Source: the human T2T-CHM13v2.0 reference genome, Homo sapiens. Taken from it: a stretch of DNA of 64,000 nucleotides. A model generated the notes under the pieces. It was given only the letters and a program-made list of their open reading frames with translations, was not told where the DNA came from and did not search any database. Every line of letters begins with the position of its first letter. Position 1 is the stretch's first letter. The stretch lies in NCBI RefSeq assembly GCF_009914755.1, contig NC_060933.1; one strand, written 5' to 3'. The position numbers and the translations under genes are program-made. This document shows, one piece after another, positions 13,101 through 28,600 of this stretch.

Positions 13101-16100
13101 GGAATGGAATGGAATGGAATGGAATGGAATGGAATCAACGTGAGTGCAGGGGAATGGAATGGAATCGAATGGAATGGAATGGAATGGAATGGAATCAACC
13201 CGAGTGCAGGGGAATGTAATGGAACGGAATGCAATGGAATGGAATCATCCGGAATGGAATGGAATGGAATGGAATGGAATGGAATGGAATCAACCCGAGT
13301 GCAATGGAATGGAGTGGAATGGAATGGCATGGAACAACCCGAATGGAATGGAATATAATGTAGAGTAAGGGAGTTGAAAAGAATCAATCCGAATGTAATG
13401 GAATGGAATGGAAAGGAATGGAATGGAATGGAATGGAAAGGAAGGGAATGCAATGGAATGGAATCAACCCGAGTACAATGGAATGGAATGGAATGGAACG
13501 GAATGGAATGGAATGCAATGGAATGGAATCTTCCGGAATGGAATGGAATGGAATGGAATGGAATGGAATGCAATGGATTCAACTCGATTGCAATGGAATG
13601 GAATAGAATGGAATGGAATGGAATGGAATGGAATGGAATTAAACCGAATAGAATGGAATGGAATGGAATGGAACGGAACGGAACGGAAAGGAACGGAACG
13701 GAGTGGAATGGAATGGAATGGAATTGTATGGAATGGAATGGAATGGTACGGAATAGAATGGAATGGAAAGAATTGGAATGGAATGGAATCGAATGGAATG
13801 GAATGGAATGGAATGGAATCAACCCGAGTGCAGGGGAAAGTAATGGAACGGAATGCAATGGAATGGAATCATCCGGAATGGAATGGAATGGAATGGAATG
13901 GAATGGAATGGAATGGAATCAACCCGAGTGTAATGGAATGGAGTGGAATGGAATGGAATGGAATGGAATGGAACAACCCGAATGGAATGGAATGGAATGG
14001 AGAGTAAGGGAGTTGAATAGAATCAATCAGAATGTAATGGAATGGAACGGAATGGAATGGAATGGAATGGAATGGAATGGTATGGAATGGAATGGAATGG
14101 TACGGAATAGAATGGAATGGAACGAATTGTAATGGAATGGAATTGAATGGAATGGAATGGAATGGAATGGAATCAACGCGAGAGCAGGGGCATGTAATGG
14201 AACGGAATGCAATGGAATGGAATCATCCGGAATGGAAGGGAATGGAATGGAATCAACCCGAGTGCAATGGAATGGAGTGGAATGGAATGGAATGGAATGG
14301 AACAACCCGAATGGAATGGAATGTAATGGAGAGTAAGGGAGTTGAATAGAATCAATCCGAATGTAATGGAATGGAATGCAACGGAATGGAATGGAATGGA
14401 ATGGAATGGAATGGAATGCAATGGAATGGAATCAACCCGAATACAATGGAATGGAATGGAATGGAATGGAATGGAATGGAATGGAATGGAATGATACGGA
14501 ATAGAAAGGAATGGAACGAAATGGAATGGAATGGAATGGAATGGAATGGAATGGAATGGAATGGAATCGTTCCGAGTGGAATAGGAGGCAATGTATTCGA
14601 GTGGAATGGAAAGGAATGGAATAAACCAGAGTGGAATGGAAGGGAATGGAATGGAATGGAAACTAATAGAATGGAATCAACACGAGTGGAATGGAATGGA
14701 AAGGACTGGAATGGAATGGAATGGAATGGAATCAACTCGATTGTAATGGAATGGAATGGAATGGAATGGAATGGAATGGAATGGAATTAACCCGAATGCA
14801 ATGGAATGGAATGGAATGGAATGGAATGGAGTGCAATGGAATGGAATCAACCCGAGTGCAGGGGATTGGAATGGAATGGAATGCAATGGAATGGAATCAC
14901 CCGGAATGGAATGGAATGGAATGGAATGGAATGGAATGGAATGGAATCAAGTCGATTGCAATGGAATGGAATGGAATGGAATGGAAAGGGTTGGAATGGA
15001 ATGGAATGGAATAGAATGGAATGGAATTAAATGGAATGGAATGGAATGGAATCAATCCGAGTGCAGTGGAATGGAATGGAATGGAATGCAATGGAATGGA
15101 ATGGAATGGAATGGAATGGAATCAACCCGAGTGGAATGGCATGGAATGGAATTCAATGGAATGGAATGGAATGAAATCAACTCGAGTGGAATGGAATGGA
15201 ATGGAATGGATTGGAACGGATTGCAATGGAATGAAATGGAATGGAATGGAATGGAATCAATCATTCCGATTGGAATGGAAGGGAATGTAATGGAGTGGAA
15301 AGAAGGGAATGGAATCAACACGAGTGGAATGCAAGGAAATGGAATGGAATGGAACGGAATGGAAAGGAATCAACTCGATTGCAATGGAATGGAATGGAAT
15401 GGAATGGAATGGAAAGGAATGGAATGGAATGAAATGGAATGGAATGGAATGAAATGGAATGGAATGCAATGCAATGGAATGGAATCAACCAGAGTGCAAT
15501 CGAATGGAATCGAATGGAATGGAATGCAATGGAATGGATTCAACTTGAATGGAATGGAAAGAATGGAATCAACACGAGTGGAATGGCATGGATTGGAATG
15601 GAATGGAATAGAATCAACCCGAGTACAGGGGAATGGAATGGAATGGAATGCAATGGAATGGAATCATCCGTAATGGAATTGAAAGGAATGGAATGGAATG
15701 GAATGGAATGGAATGGAATGGAATGGAATCAACTCGATTGCAATCGAATGGAATGGAAAGGAAGTAACCCGAATAGAATGGAATGGAATGGAATGGAACG
15801 GAACGGAACGGAATGCAATGGAATGGAATGGAATGGAATGGAACGGAAAGGAATGGAATGGAATGGAATGGAATGGAATGGAATGGAATGGAATGGAATC
15901 AACACGAGTGCAGGGGAATGGAATGTAATGGAATGCAATGGAATGGAATCTTCCGGAATGGAATGGAATGGAATGGAATAAACCCGAGTGCAATGGAATG
16001 GAGTGGAATGGAATGGAATGGAATGGAACAACCCGAATGGAATCGAATGTAATGGAGAGTAAGGGAGTTGAATAGAATCAATCCGAATGGAATGGAATGG

Positions 16101-18030
16101 AATGGAACGGAATGGAATAGAATGGAATGGAATGGAATGCAATGGAATAGAATCAACCCGAGTACAATGGAAAGGAATGGAATGGAAAGGAATGGAATGG
16201 AATGGAATGGAATGGAATGGAATGGAATGGAATGGAATGGAATCAACCCGAGTGCAATGGAATAGAGAGGAATGGAATGGAATGGAATGCAAACTACCCG
16301 AATGGAATGGAATGTAATAAAGAGTTAGGGAATTGAATAGAATCAATCCGAATGGAATGGAATGTAATGGAACGGAATATAATGTAATGGAATGGAATGG
16401 AATCAACCCGAGTGCAGGGGAATGGAATGGAATGGAATGCAATGGAATGGAATCATCCGGAATGGAATGGAATGGAATGGAATGGAATCAACCCGAGTGC
16501 AATGGAATGGAGTTAAATGGAATGGAATGGAATGGAAACAAACAGAATGGATTGGAATTTAACGGAGTGTAAGGGAATTAAATAGAATCAATCTGAATGT
16601 AATGAAATGCAATGGAACGGAATGGAATGGAATGGAATGGAATGGAATGCAATGTAATGGAATCAACCCGAGTTCAATCGAATGGAATCGAATGGAATGG
16701 AATGCAATGGAATGGATTCAACTTGAATGGAAAGTAAAGAATGGAATCAACACGAGTGGAATGGCATGGATTGGAATGGAATGGAATGGAATCAACGCGA
16801 GTACAGGGGAATGTAATGGAATGGAATGCAATGGAATGGAATCATCCGTAATGGAATGTAAAGGAATGGAATGGAATGGAATGGAATGGAATGGAATGGA
16901 ATTTAATGGAATGGAATCAACTCGATTGCAATCGAATGGAATGGAATGGAATTAACCCGAATAGAATGGAATGGAATGGTATGGAACGGAACGGAATGGA
17001 ATGGAATGGAATGGAATGGAATGGAATGGAATGGAATGGAATGGAATGGAATGGAATCAACGTGAGTGCAGGGGAATGGAATGGAATCGAATGGAATGGA
17101 ATGGAATGGAATGGAATCAACCCGAGTGCAGGGGAATGTAATGGAACGGAATGCAATGGAATGGAATCATCCGGAATGGAATGGAATGGAATGGAATGGA
17201 ATGGAATGGAATCAACCCGAGTGCAATGGAATGGAGTGGAATGGAATGGAATGGAACAACCCGAATGGAATGGAATATAATGTAGAGTAAGGGAGTTGAA
17301 AAGAATCAATCCGAATGTAATGATATGGAATGGAAAGGAATGGAATGGAATGGAATGGAAAGGAAGGGAATGCAATGGAATGGAATCAACCCGAGTACAA
17401 TGGAATGGAATGGAATGGAATGGAATGCAATGGAATGGAATCTTCCGGAATGGAATGGAATGGAATGGAATGGAATGGAATGGAATGCAATGGATTCAAC
17501 TCGATTGCAATGGAATGGAATAGAATGGAATGGAATGGAATGGAATGGAATGGAATTAAACCGAATAGAATGGAATGGAATGGAATGGAACGGAACGGAA
17601 CGGAAAGGAACGGAACGGAGTGGAATGGAATGGAATGGAATTGTATGGAATGGAATGGAATGGTACGGAATAGAATGGAATGGAAAGAATTGGAATGGAA
17701 TGGAATCGAATGGAATGGAATGGAATGGAATGGAATCAACCCGAGTGCAGGGGAATGTAATGGAACGGAATGCAATGGAATGGAATCATCCGGAATGGAA
17801 TGGAATGGAATGGAATGGAATGGAATGGAATGGAATGGAATGGAATGGAATCAATCCGAGTGTAATGGAATGGAGTGGAATGGAATGGAATGGAATGGAA
17901 TGGAACAACCCGAATGGAATGGAATGTAATGGAGAGTAAGGGAGTTGAATAGAATCAATCGGAATGTAATGGAATGGAACGGAATGGAATGGAATGGAAT
18001 GGAATGGAATGGAATGGTATGGAATGGAAT
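7185..18030 (+). repeat. Local higher-order tandem repeat, ~3.9-kb unit, ~2.8 copies (approx. 7185-11040, 11041-14940, 14941-18030)
   Basis: Rare variants recur in register: AAGAGTTAGG at 8461/12419/16320; GAAAGTAAAG at 8881/12833/16730; CAACGTGAGT at ~9194/13136/17058; GTAGAGTAAGGGAGTTGAAAAG at ~9418/13360/17282; GCGAGAGCAGGGGCATG at ~10251/14178; AGGAGGCAAT at ~10671/14583. Confidence 0.9.
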
Positions 18031-19744
18031 GGAATCAACCCGAGTGCAGGGGAATGGAATGGAATGGAATGCAATGGAATGGAATCATCCGGAATGGAAT
18101 GGAATGGAATGGAATGGAATCAACCCGAGTGCAGGGGAATGGAATGGAATGGAATGCAATGGAATGGAATCATCCGGAATGGAATTGAATGGAATGGAAT
18201 GGAATGGAATGGAATGGAATGGAATCAACCCGAGTGCAATGGAATGGAGTGAAATGGAATGGAATGGACTGGAGACAACAAGAATGGATTGGAATATAAT
18301 GGAGTGTAAGGGAATTGAATAGAATCAATCTGAATGTAATGAAATGGAATGGAATGGAATGGAATGGAATGGAATGGAATGGAATGGAATGCAATGGAAT
18401 GGAATCAACCCGAGTGCAATCGAATGGAATCGAATGGAATGGAATGCAATGGAATGGATTCAACTTGAATGGAATGGAAAGAATGGAATCAACACGAGTG
18501 GAATGGCATGGATTGGAATGGAATGGAATGGAATCAACCCGAGTACAGGGGAATGGAATGGAATGGAATGCAATGGAATGGAATCATCCGTATTGGAATG
18601 GAAAGGAATGGAATGGAATGGAATGGAATGGAATGGAATCAACTCGATTGCAATCGAATTGAATGGAATGGAATTAACCCGAATAGAATGGAATGGAATG
18701 GAATGGAACGGAACGGAATGGAATGGAATGGAACGGAATGGAATGGAACGGAACGGAACGGAACGGAATGGAATGGAATGGAATGGAATGGAATCAACGC
18801 GAGTGCAGGGGATTGGAATGAAATGGAATGCAATGGAATCGAATCTTTCGGAATGGAATGGAATGGAATGGAATGGAATGAAATGCAATGGATTCAACTC
18901 GATTGCAATGGAATGGAATAGAATGGAATGGCATGGAATGGAATGGAATCTACGCGAGTGCAGGGGAATGGAATGGAATGGAATGCAATGGAATGGAATC
19001 TTCCGGAATGGAATGGAATGGAATGGAATGGAATGGAATGGAATCAACCCGAGTGCAATGGAATGGAGTGGAATGGAATGGAATGGAATGGAACAACCCG
19101 AATGGAATGGAATGTAATGGAGAGCAAGGGAGTTGAATAGAATCAATCCGAATGTAATGGAATGGAAAGGAATGGAATTTAATGGAATGGAATGGAATGC
19201 AATGGAATGGAATCAACCCGAGTGCAATGGAATGGAGAGGAATGGAATGGAATGGAATGGAAACTACCCGAATGGAATGGAATGTAATGGAGTGTAAGGG
19301 AATTGAATAGAATCAATCCGAATGTAATGGAATGGAATGGAATGGAATGGAATGGAATGGAATCAACCCGAGTGCAATCGAATGGAATCGAATGGAATGG
19401 AATGCAATGGAATGGATTCAACTTGAATGGAATGGAAAGAATGGAATCAACACGAGTGGAATGGCATGGATTGGAATGGAATGGAATGGAATCAACCCGA
19501 GTACAGGGGAATGGAATGGAATGGAATGCAATGGAATGGAATCATCCGTAATGGAATGGAAAGGAATGGAATGGAATGGAATGGAATGGAATGGAATGGA
19601 ATCAACACGACTGCAATCGAATGGAATGGAATGGAATTCACCCGAAGAGACTGGAATGGAATGGAATGGAACGGAACGGAATGGAACGGAATGGAATGGA
19701 ATGGAATGGAATGGAATGGAATGGAATGGAATGGAATGGAATGG

Positions 19745-22700
19745 AATCAACCCGGGTGCAGGGGAATGGAATGGAATGGAATGCAATGGAATGGAATCTT
19801 CCGGAATGGAATGGAATGGAATGGAATGGAATGAAATGCAATGGATTCAACTCGATTGCAATGGAATGGAATAGAATGGAATGGAATGGAATGGAATGGA
19901 ATTAACCCGAATAGAATGGAATGGAATGGAATGGAACGGAATGGAACGGAATGGAATGGAATGGAATGTAATGGAATGGAATGGAATGGTATGGAATGGA
20001 ATGGAATGGTACGGAATAGAATGGAATGGAACGAATTGTAATGGAATGGAATTGAATGGAATGGAATGGAATGGAATGGAATCAACGCGAGTGCAGGGGA
20101 GTGTAATGGAACGGAATGCAATGGAATGGAATCATCCGGAATGGAATGGAATGGAATGGAATGGAATGGAATAAACCCGAGTGCAATGGAATGGAGTGGA
20201 ATGGAATAGAATGGAATGGAACAACCCGAATGGAATGGAATGTAATGGAGAGTAAGGGAGTTGAATAGAATCAATCAGAATGTAAAGGAATGGAATGCAA
20301 CGGAATGGAATGGAATGGAATGGAATGGAATGGAAACGAATGGAATCAACCCGAGTGGAATGGCATGGAATGGAATGCAATGGAATGGAATAGAATGGAA
20401 TCAACTCGAGTGGAAAGGAATGGAATGGAATGGAAAGGAATGGAATGAAGTCAACTCGAGTGGAATGGAATGGAATGGATTGGAATGGATTGCAATGGAA
20501 TGAAATGGAATGGAATGGAATGGAATCAATCATTCCGAGTGGAATGGAAGGGAAAGTAATGGAGTGGAAAGAAGGGAATGGAATCAACCTGATTGGAATG
20601 CAAGGCAATGGAATGGAATGGAATTGAAAGGAATGGAATGGAATCAACTCGATTGCAATGGAATGGAATGGAATGGAATGGAATGGAATGGAATGGAATT
20701 AACCAGAATAGAATGGAATGCAATGGAATGGAACGGAATGGAATGGAATGGAAGGGAATGGAATCAACACGAGTGCAGGGGAATGGAATGGAATGGAATG
20801 CAATGGAATGGAATCATCCGGAATGGAATGGAATGGAATGGAATCAACTCCATTGCAATGGAATGGAATGGAATGGAATGGAATAGAATGGAATGGAATT
20901 AACCCGAATAGAATGGAATGCAATAGAATGGAATGGAACGGAACCGAATGGAGTGGAATGGAATGGAATGGAATCAACCTGAGTGCAGGGGAATGGAATG
21001 GAATGGAATGCAATGGAATGGAATCATCCGGAATGGAATGGAATGGAATGGAATCAAACCGAGTGCAATGGAATGGAGTGAAATGGAATGGAATGGAATG
21101 GAAACAACCAGAATTGATTGGAATATAATGGAGTGTAAGGGAATTGAATAGAATCAATCTGAATGTAATGAAATGGAATGGAACGGAATGGAATGGAATG
21201 GAATGGAATGGAATGGAATGGAATCAACCCGAGTGCAATGGAATGGATTCGAATGGAATGGAATGGAGTGGAATGGATTCAACCCGAATGGAATGGAAAG
21301 GAATGGAATCAACCCGAGTGGAATGGCATGGAATGGAATGGAATGGAATGGAATGGAATCAAGTCGATTGCAATGGAATGGAATGGAACGGAATGGAAAG
21401 GATTGGAAAGGAATGGAATGGAATAGAATGGAATGGAATTAAATGGAATGGAATGGAATGGAATCAACCCGAGTGCAGGGGAATGGAATGGAATGGAATG
21501 CAATGGAATGGAATGGAATGGAATGGAATCAACCCGAGTGGAATGGCATGGAATGGAATGCAATGGAATGGAATGGAATGGAATCAACTCGAGTGGAAAG
21601 GAATGGAATGGAATGGAAAGGAATGGAATGAAATCAACTCGAGTGGAATGCAATGGAATGGAATGGATCGGAATGGATTGCAATGGAATGAAATGGAATG
21701 GAATGGAATGGAATCAATCATTCCGAGTGGAATGGAAGGGAATGTAATGGAGTGGAAAGAAGGGAATCGAATCAACCCGAGTGCAATGCAAGGCAATGGA
21801 ATGGAATGGAACGGAATGGAACGGAATCAACTCGATTGCAATGGAATGGAATGGAATGGAATGGAATGGAATGGAAAGGAATGGAAGGGAATGAAATGGA
21901 ATGGAATGGAATGAAATGGAATGGAATGGAATGCAATGGAATGGAATCAACCAGAGTGCAATCGAATGGAATCGAATGGAATGGAATGCAATGGAATGGA
22001 TTCAACTTGAATGGAATGGAAAGAATGGAATCAACACGAGTGGAATGGCATGGATTGGAATGGAATGGAATGGAATCAACCCGAGTACAGGGGAATGGAA
22101 TGGAATGGAATGCAATGGAATGGAATCATCTGTAATGGAATGGAAAGGAATGGAATGGAATGGAATGGAATGCAATGGAATGGAATGGAATGGAATCAAC
22201 TCGATTGCAATCGAATGGAATGGAAAGGAATTAACCCGAATAGAATGGAATGGAATGGAATGGAACGGAACGGAACGGAACGGAATGGAATGGAATGGAA
22301 TGGAATGGAATGGAATGGAACGGAAAGGAATGGAATGGAATGGAATGGAATGGAATGGAATGGAATGGAATCAACGCGAATGCATTGGAATGGAATGTAA
22401 TGGAATGCAATGGAATGGAATCTTCCGGAATGGAATGGAATGGAATGGAATAAACCCGAGTGCAATGGAATGGAGTGGAATGCAATGGAATGGAATGGAA
22501 CAACCCGAATGGAATCGAATGTAATGGAGAGTAAGGGAGTTGAATAGAATCAATCCGAATGTAATGGAATGGAATGGAACGGAATGGAATGGAATGGAAT
22601 GGAAAGGAACGGAAAGGAATGGAATGGAATGGAATGGAATGGAATGGAATGGAATCAACGCGAGTGCAGAGGAATGGAATGGAATGGAATGCAATGGAAT

Positions 22701-25600
22701 GGAAACTTCCGGAATGGAATGGAATGGAATGGAATGGAATGAAATGCAATGGATTCAACACGATTGCAATGGAATGGAATAGAATGGAATGGAATGGAAT
22801 GGAATGGAATTAACCCGAATAGAATGGAATGGAATGGAATGGAACGGAATGGAACGGAATGGAATGGAATGGAATGGAATGGAATGGAATGGTATGGAAT
22901 GGAATGGAATGGTACGGAATAGAATGGAATGGAACGAATTGTAATGGAATAGAATTGAATGGAATGGAATGGAATGGAATGGAATCAACGCGAGTGCAGG
23001 GGAATGTAATCGAACGGAATGCAATGGAATGGAATCATCCGGAATGGAATGGAATGGAATGGAATAAACCCGAGTGCAATGGAATGGAGTGGAATGGAAT
23101 GGAATGGAATGGAACAACCCGAATGGAATGGAATGTAATGGAGAGTAAGGGAGTTGAATAGAATCAATCAGAATGTAATGGAATGGAATGCAACGGAATG
23201 GAATGGAATGGAATGGAATGGAATGGAATGGAATGGAAAGGAATGGAATCAACCCGAGTGGAATGGCATGGAATGGAATGCAATGGAATGGAATAGAATG
23301 GAATCAACTCGAGTGGAAAGGAATGGAATGGAATGGAAAGGAATGGAATGAAATCAACTCGAGTGGAATGGAATGGAATGGAATGGATTGGAATGGATTG
23401 CAATGGAATGAAATGGAATGGAATGGAATGGAATCAATCATTCCGAGTGGAATGGAAGGGAATGTAATGGAGTGGAAAGAAGGGAATGGAATCAACCCGA
23501 TTGGAATGCAAGGCAATGGAATGGAATGGAAAGGAATGGAATGGAATCAACTCGATTGCAATGGAATGGAATGGAATGGAATGGAATGGAATGGAATGGA
23601 ATGGAATTAACCGGAATAGAATGGAATGCAATGGAATGGAACGGAATGGAATGGAATGGAAGGGAATGGAATCAACACGAGTGCAGGGGAATGGAATGGA
23701 ATGGAATGCAATGGAATGGAATCATCCGGAATGGAATGGAATGGAATGGAATCAACTCCATTGCAATGGAATGGAATGGAATGGAATGGAATAGAATGGA
23801 ATGGAATTAACCCGAATAGAATGGAATGCAATAGAATGGAATGGAACAGAACCGAATGGAGTGGAATGGAATGGAATGGAATCAACCTGAGTGCAGGGGA
23901 ATGGAATGGAATGGAATGCAATGGAATGGAGTCAACCGGAATGGAATGGAATGGAATCGAATGGAATCAAACCGAGTGCAATGGAATGGAGTGAAATGGA
24001 ATGGAATGGAATGGAAACAACCAGAATGGATTGGAATATAATGGAGTGTAAGGGAATTGCATAGAATCAATCTGAATGTAATGAAATGGAATGGAACGGA
24101 ATGGAATGGAATGGAATAGAATCGAATGGAATGGAATGGAATTGAATCAACCGGAGTGAAATGGAATGGATTCGAATGGAATGGAATAGAGTGGAATGGA
24201 TTCAACCCGAATGGAGTGGAAAGGAATGGAATCAACCCGAGTGGAATGGCATGGAATGGAATGGAATGGAATGCAATGGAATGGAATGGTTAAGAATAGA
24301 ATGGATTGGAACAAAATGGAATGGAATGGAATGGAATGGAATGGAATGGAATGGAATGGAATCAAGACGATTGCAATGGAATGGAATGGAATGGAACGGA
24401 TTGGAATGGAATGGAATGGAATGGAATGGAATGGAATTAAATGGAATGGAATGGAATGGAATCAACCCGATTTCACGGGAATGGAATGGAATGGAATGCA
24501 ATGGAATGGAATGGAATGGAATGGAATCAACCCGAGTGGAATGGCATGGAATGGAATGCAATGGAATGGAATGGAATGGAATCAACTCCAGTGGAAAGGA
24601 ATGGAATGGAATGGAAAGGAATGGAAGGAAATCAACTCGAATGGAATGGAATGGAATGGAATGGATTGGAATGGATAGCAATGGAATGAAATGGAATGGA
24701 ATGGAATGGAATCAATCATTCAGTGTGGAATGGAAGGGAATATAATGGAGTAGAAAGAAGGGAATGGAATCAACCCGAGTGGAATGCAAGGCAATGGAAT
24801 GGAATGGAAAGGAATGGAAAGGAATCAACTCGATTGCAATGGAATGGAATGGAATGGAATGGAATGGAATGGAAAGGAATGGAATGGAATGAAATGGAAT
24901 GGAATGGAATGAAATGGAATGGAATGGAATGCAATGGAATGGAATCAACCAGAGTGCAATCGAATGGAATCGAATGGAATGGAATGCAATGGAATGGATT
25001 CAACTTGAATGGAATGGAAAGAATGGAATCAACACGAGTGGAATGGCATGGATTGGAATGGAATGGAATGGAATCAACCCGAGTACAGGGGAATGGAATG
25101 GAATCGAATGCAATGGAATGGAATCATCCGTAATGGAATGGAAAGGAATGGAATGGAATGGAATGGAATGGAATGGAATGGAATGGAATCAACTCGATTG
25201 CAATCGAATGGAATGGAATGGAATTAACCCGAATAGAATGGAATGGAATGGAATGGAACGGAACGGAACGGAATGGAATGGAATGGAATGGAATGGAATG
25301 GAACGGAAAGGAATGGAATGGAATGGAATGGAATGGAATGGAATCAACGCGAGTGCAGGGGAATGGAATGTAATGGAATGCAATGGAATGGAATCTTCCG
25401 GAATGGAATGGAATGGAATGGAATAAACCCGAGTGCAATGGAATGGAGTGGAATGGAATGGAATGGAATGGAACAACCCGAATGGAATCGAATGTAATGG
25501 AGAGTAAGGGAGTTGAATAGAATCAATCCGAATGTAATGGAATGGAATGGAACGGAATGGAATGGAATGGAATGGAATGGAATGCAATGGAATGGAATCA
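19745..25600 (+). repeat. Diverged tandem duplication, ~2.9-3.0-kb unit x2
   Basis: Shared rare markers: AATCAATCAGAATGT at ~20270/23162; CAACTCCATT at ~20845/23753; GAACCGAATGGAGTGG at ~20941/23849; CAACCTGAGTGCAGG at ~20975/23883; two CAATCATTC cassettes in each copy. Confidence 0.8.
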
Positions 25601-28600
25601 ACCCGAGTACAATGGAATTCAATGGAATGGAAAGGAATGGAATGGAATGGAATGGAATGGAATGGAATGGAATGGAATCAACCCGAGTGCAATGGAATAG
25701 AGAGGAATGGAATGGAATGGAATGGAAACTACCCGAATGGAATGGAATGTAATGAAGTGTTAGGGAATTGAATAGAATCCATCCGAATGGAATGGAATGT
25801 AATGGAACGGAATGTAATGTAATGGAATGGAATGGAATCAACCCGAGTGCAGGGGAATAGAATGGAATGGAATGCAATGGAATGGAATCATACGGAATGG
25901 AATGGAATGGAATGGAATGGAATCAACCCGAGTGCAATGGAATGGAGTGAAATGGAATGGAATGGAATAGAAACAACCAGAATGGATTGGAATATAACGG
26001 AGTGTAAGGGAATTGAATAGAATCAATCTGAATGTAATGAAATGCAATGGAACGGAATGGAATGTAATGGAATGGAATGGAATGGAATGCAATGTAACGG
26101 AATCAACCCGAGTGCAATCGAATGTAATCGAATGAAATGGAATGCAATGGAATGGATTCAACTTGAATGGAAAGTAAAGAATGGAATCAACGCGAGTGGA
26201 ATGGCATGGATTGGAATGGAATGGAATGGAATCAACCCGAGTACAGGGGAATGGAATGGAATGGAATGCAATGGAATGTAATCATCCGTAATGGAATGGA
26301 AAGGAATGGAATGGAATGGAATGGAATGGAATGGAATCAACTCGATTGCAATGGAATGGAATGGAATGGAATTAACCCGAATAGAATGGAATGGAATGAA
26401 ATGGAACGGAACGGAATGGAATGGAATGGAATGGAATGGAACGGAAAGGAATGGAATGGAATGGAATGGAATGGAATGGAATGGAACGGAATGGAATCAA
26501 CGCGAGTGCAGGGGAATCGAATGGAATCGAATGGAATGGAATGGAATGGAATGGAATCAACCCGAGTGCAGGGGAATGTAATGGATCGGAATGCAATGGA
26601 ATGGAATCATCCGGAATGGAATGGAATGGAATGGAATGGAATGGAATCAACCCGAGTGCAATGGAATGGAGTGGAATGGAATGGAATGGAATGGAACAAC
26701 CCGAATGGAATGGAATGTAATGGAGAGTAAGGGAGTTGAAAAGAATCAATCCGAATGTAATGGAATGGAATGGAAAGGAATGGAATGGAATGGAATGGAA
26801 TGGAATGGAATGGAATGGAATGCAATGGAATGGAATCAACCCGAGTACAATGGAATGCAATGGAATGGAATGGAATGGAATGGAATGGAATGGAATGGAA
26901 TGGAATGATACGGAATAGAAAGGAATGGAACGAAATGGAATGGAATGGAATGGAATGGAATGGAATGGAATGGAATGGAATGGAATCGTTCCGAGTGGAA
27001 TAGGAGGGAATGTATTCGAGTGGAATGGAAAGGAATGGAATCAACCAGAGTGGAATGGAAGGGAATGGAATGGAATGGAAACTAATAGAATGGAATCAAC
27101 CCGAGTGGAATGGAATGGAAAGGACTGGAATGGAATGGAATGGAATGCAATCAACTCGATTGTAATGGAATGGAATGGAATGGAATGGAATGGAATGGAA
27201 TTAACCCGAATACAATGGAATGGAATGGAACGGAACGGAATGGAGTGGAATGGAATGGAATCAACCAGAGTGCAATGGAATGGATTCGAATGGAATGGAA
27301 TGGAATGGAATGGATTCAACAACAATGGAATGGAAAGGAATGGAATCAACCCGAGTGTAATGGCATGGAATGGAACGGAATGGAATGGGATGGAATGGAA
27401 TGGTACGGAATAGAATGGAATGGAATGAAATGGAATGGAATGGAATGGAATGGAATGCAATGGAATGGAATGGAATGGACTGGAATGGATTCAACTCGAA
27501 TGGAATCAACTCGATTGCAATGGAATGGAATGGAATGGAAAGGAATAGAATGGAATCAACCCGAGTGGAATGGAATGGAAAGGACTGGAATGGAGTGGAA
27601 TGGAATGGAATGGAATTAACCCGAAAAGAATGAAATGGAATGGAATGGAACGGAATGTATTGGAATGGAATGGAATGGAATCAACCCGAGTGCAGGGGAA
27701 TGGAATGGAATGGAATGCAATGGAATGGAATCATCCGGAATGGAATGGAATGGAATGGAATGGAATGGAATCAACCGAAGTGCAGGGGAATGGAATGGAA
27801 TGGAATTCAATGGAATGGAATCATCCGGAATGGAATGGAATGGAATGGAATGGAATGGAATGGAATGGAATGGAATCAACTCGATTGCAATCGAATGGAA
27901 TGGAATGGAATTAACCCGAATAGAATGGAATGGAATTGAATGGAATGGAACGGAACGGAACGGAATGGAACGGAATGGAATGGAATGGAATGGAATGGAA
28001 CGGAAAGGAATGGAATGGAATGGAATGGAATGGAATGGAATCAACGCGAGTGCAGGGGAATGGAATGGAATGGAATGCAATGTAATGGAATCTTCCGGAA
28101 TGTAATGGAATGGAATGGAATGGAATGGAATGGAATAAACCCGATTGCAATGGAATGGAGTGGAATGGAATGGAATGGAATGGAAAAACCCGAACGGAAT
28201 GGAATGTAATGGAGAGTAAGGGAGTTGAACAGAATCAATCCGAATGTAATGGAATGGAATGGAACGGAATCGAATTGAATGGAATGGAATGGAATGCAAT
28301 GGAATGGAATCAACCCGAGTGCAATGGAATGGAGGGGAATGGAATGGAATGGAAAGGAAACTACCCGAATGGAATGGAATGTAATGGAATGTAAGGGAAT
28401 TGAATATAATCAATCCGAATGTAATGGAATGGAATGGAACGGAATGGAATGGAATGGAATGGAATGGAATGGAATGCAATGGAATGGAATCAACCCGAGT
28501 GCACTCGAATGGAATCGAATGGAATGGAATGCAATGGAATGGATTCAACTTGAATGGAATGGAAAGAATGGAATCAACACGAGAGTAAGGGCATGGATTG

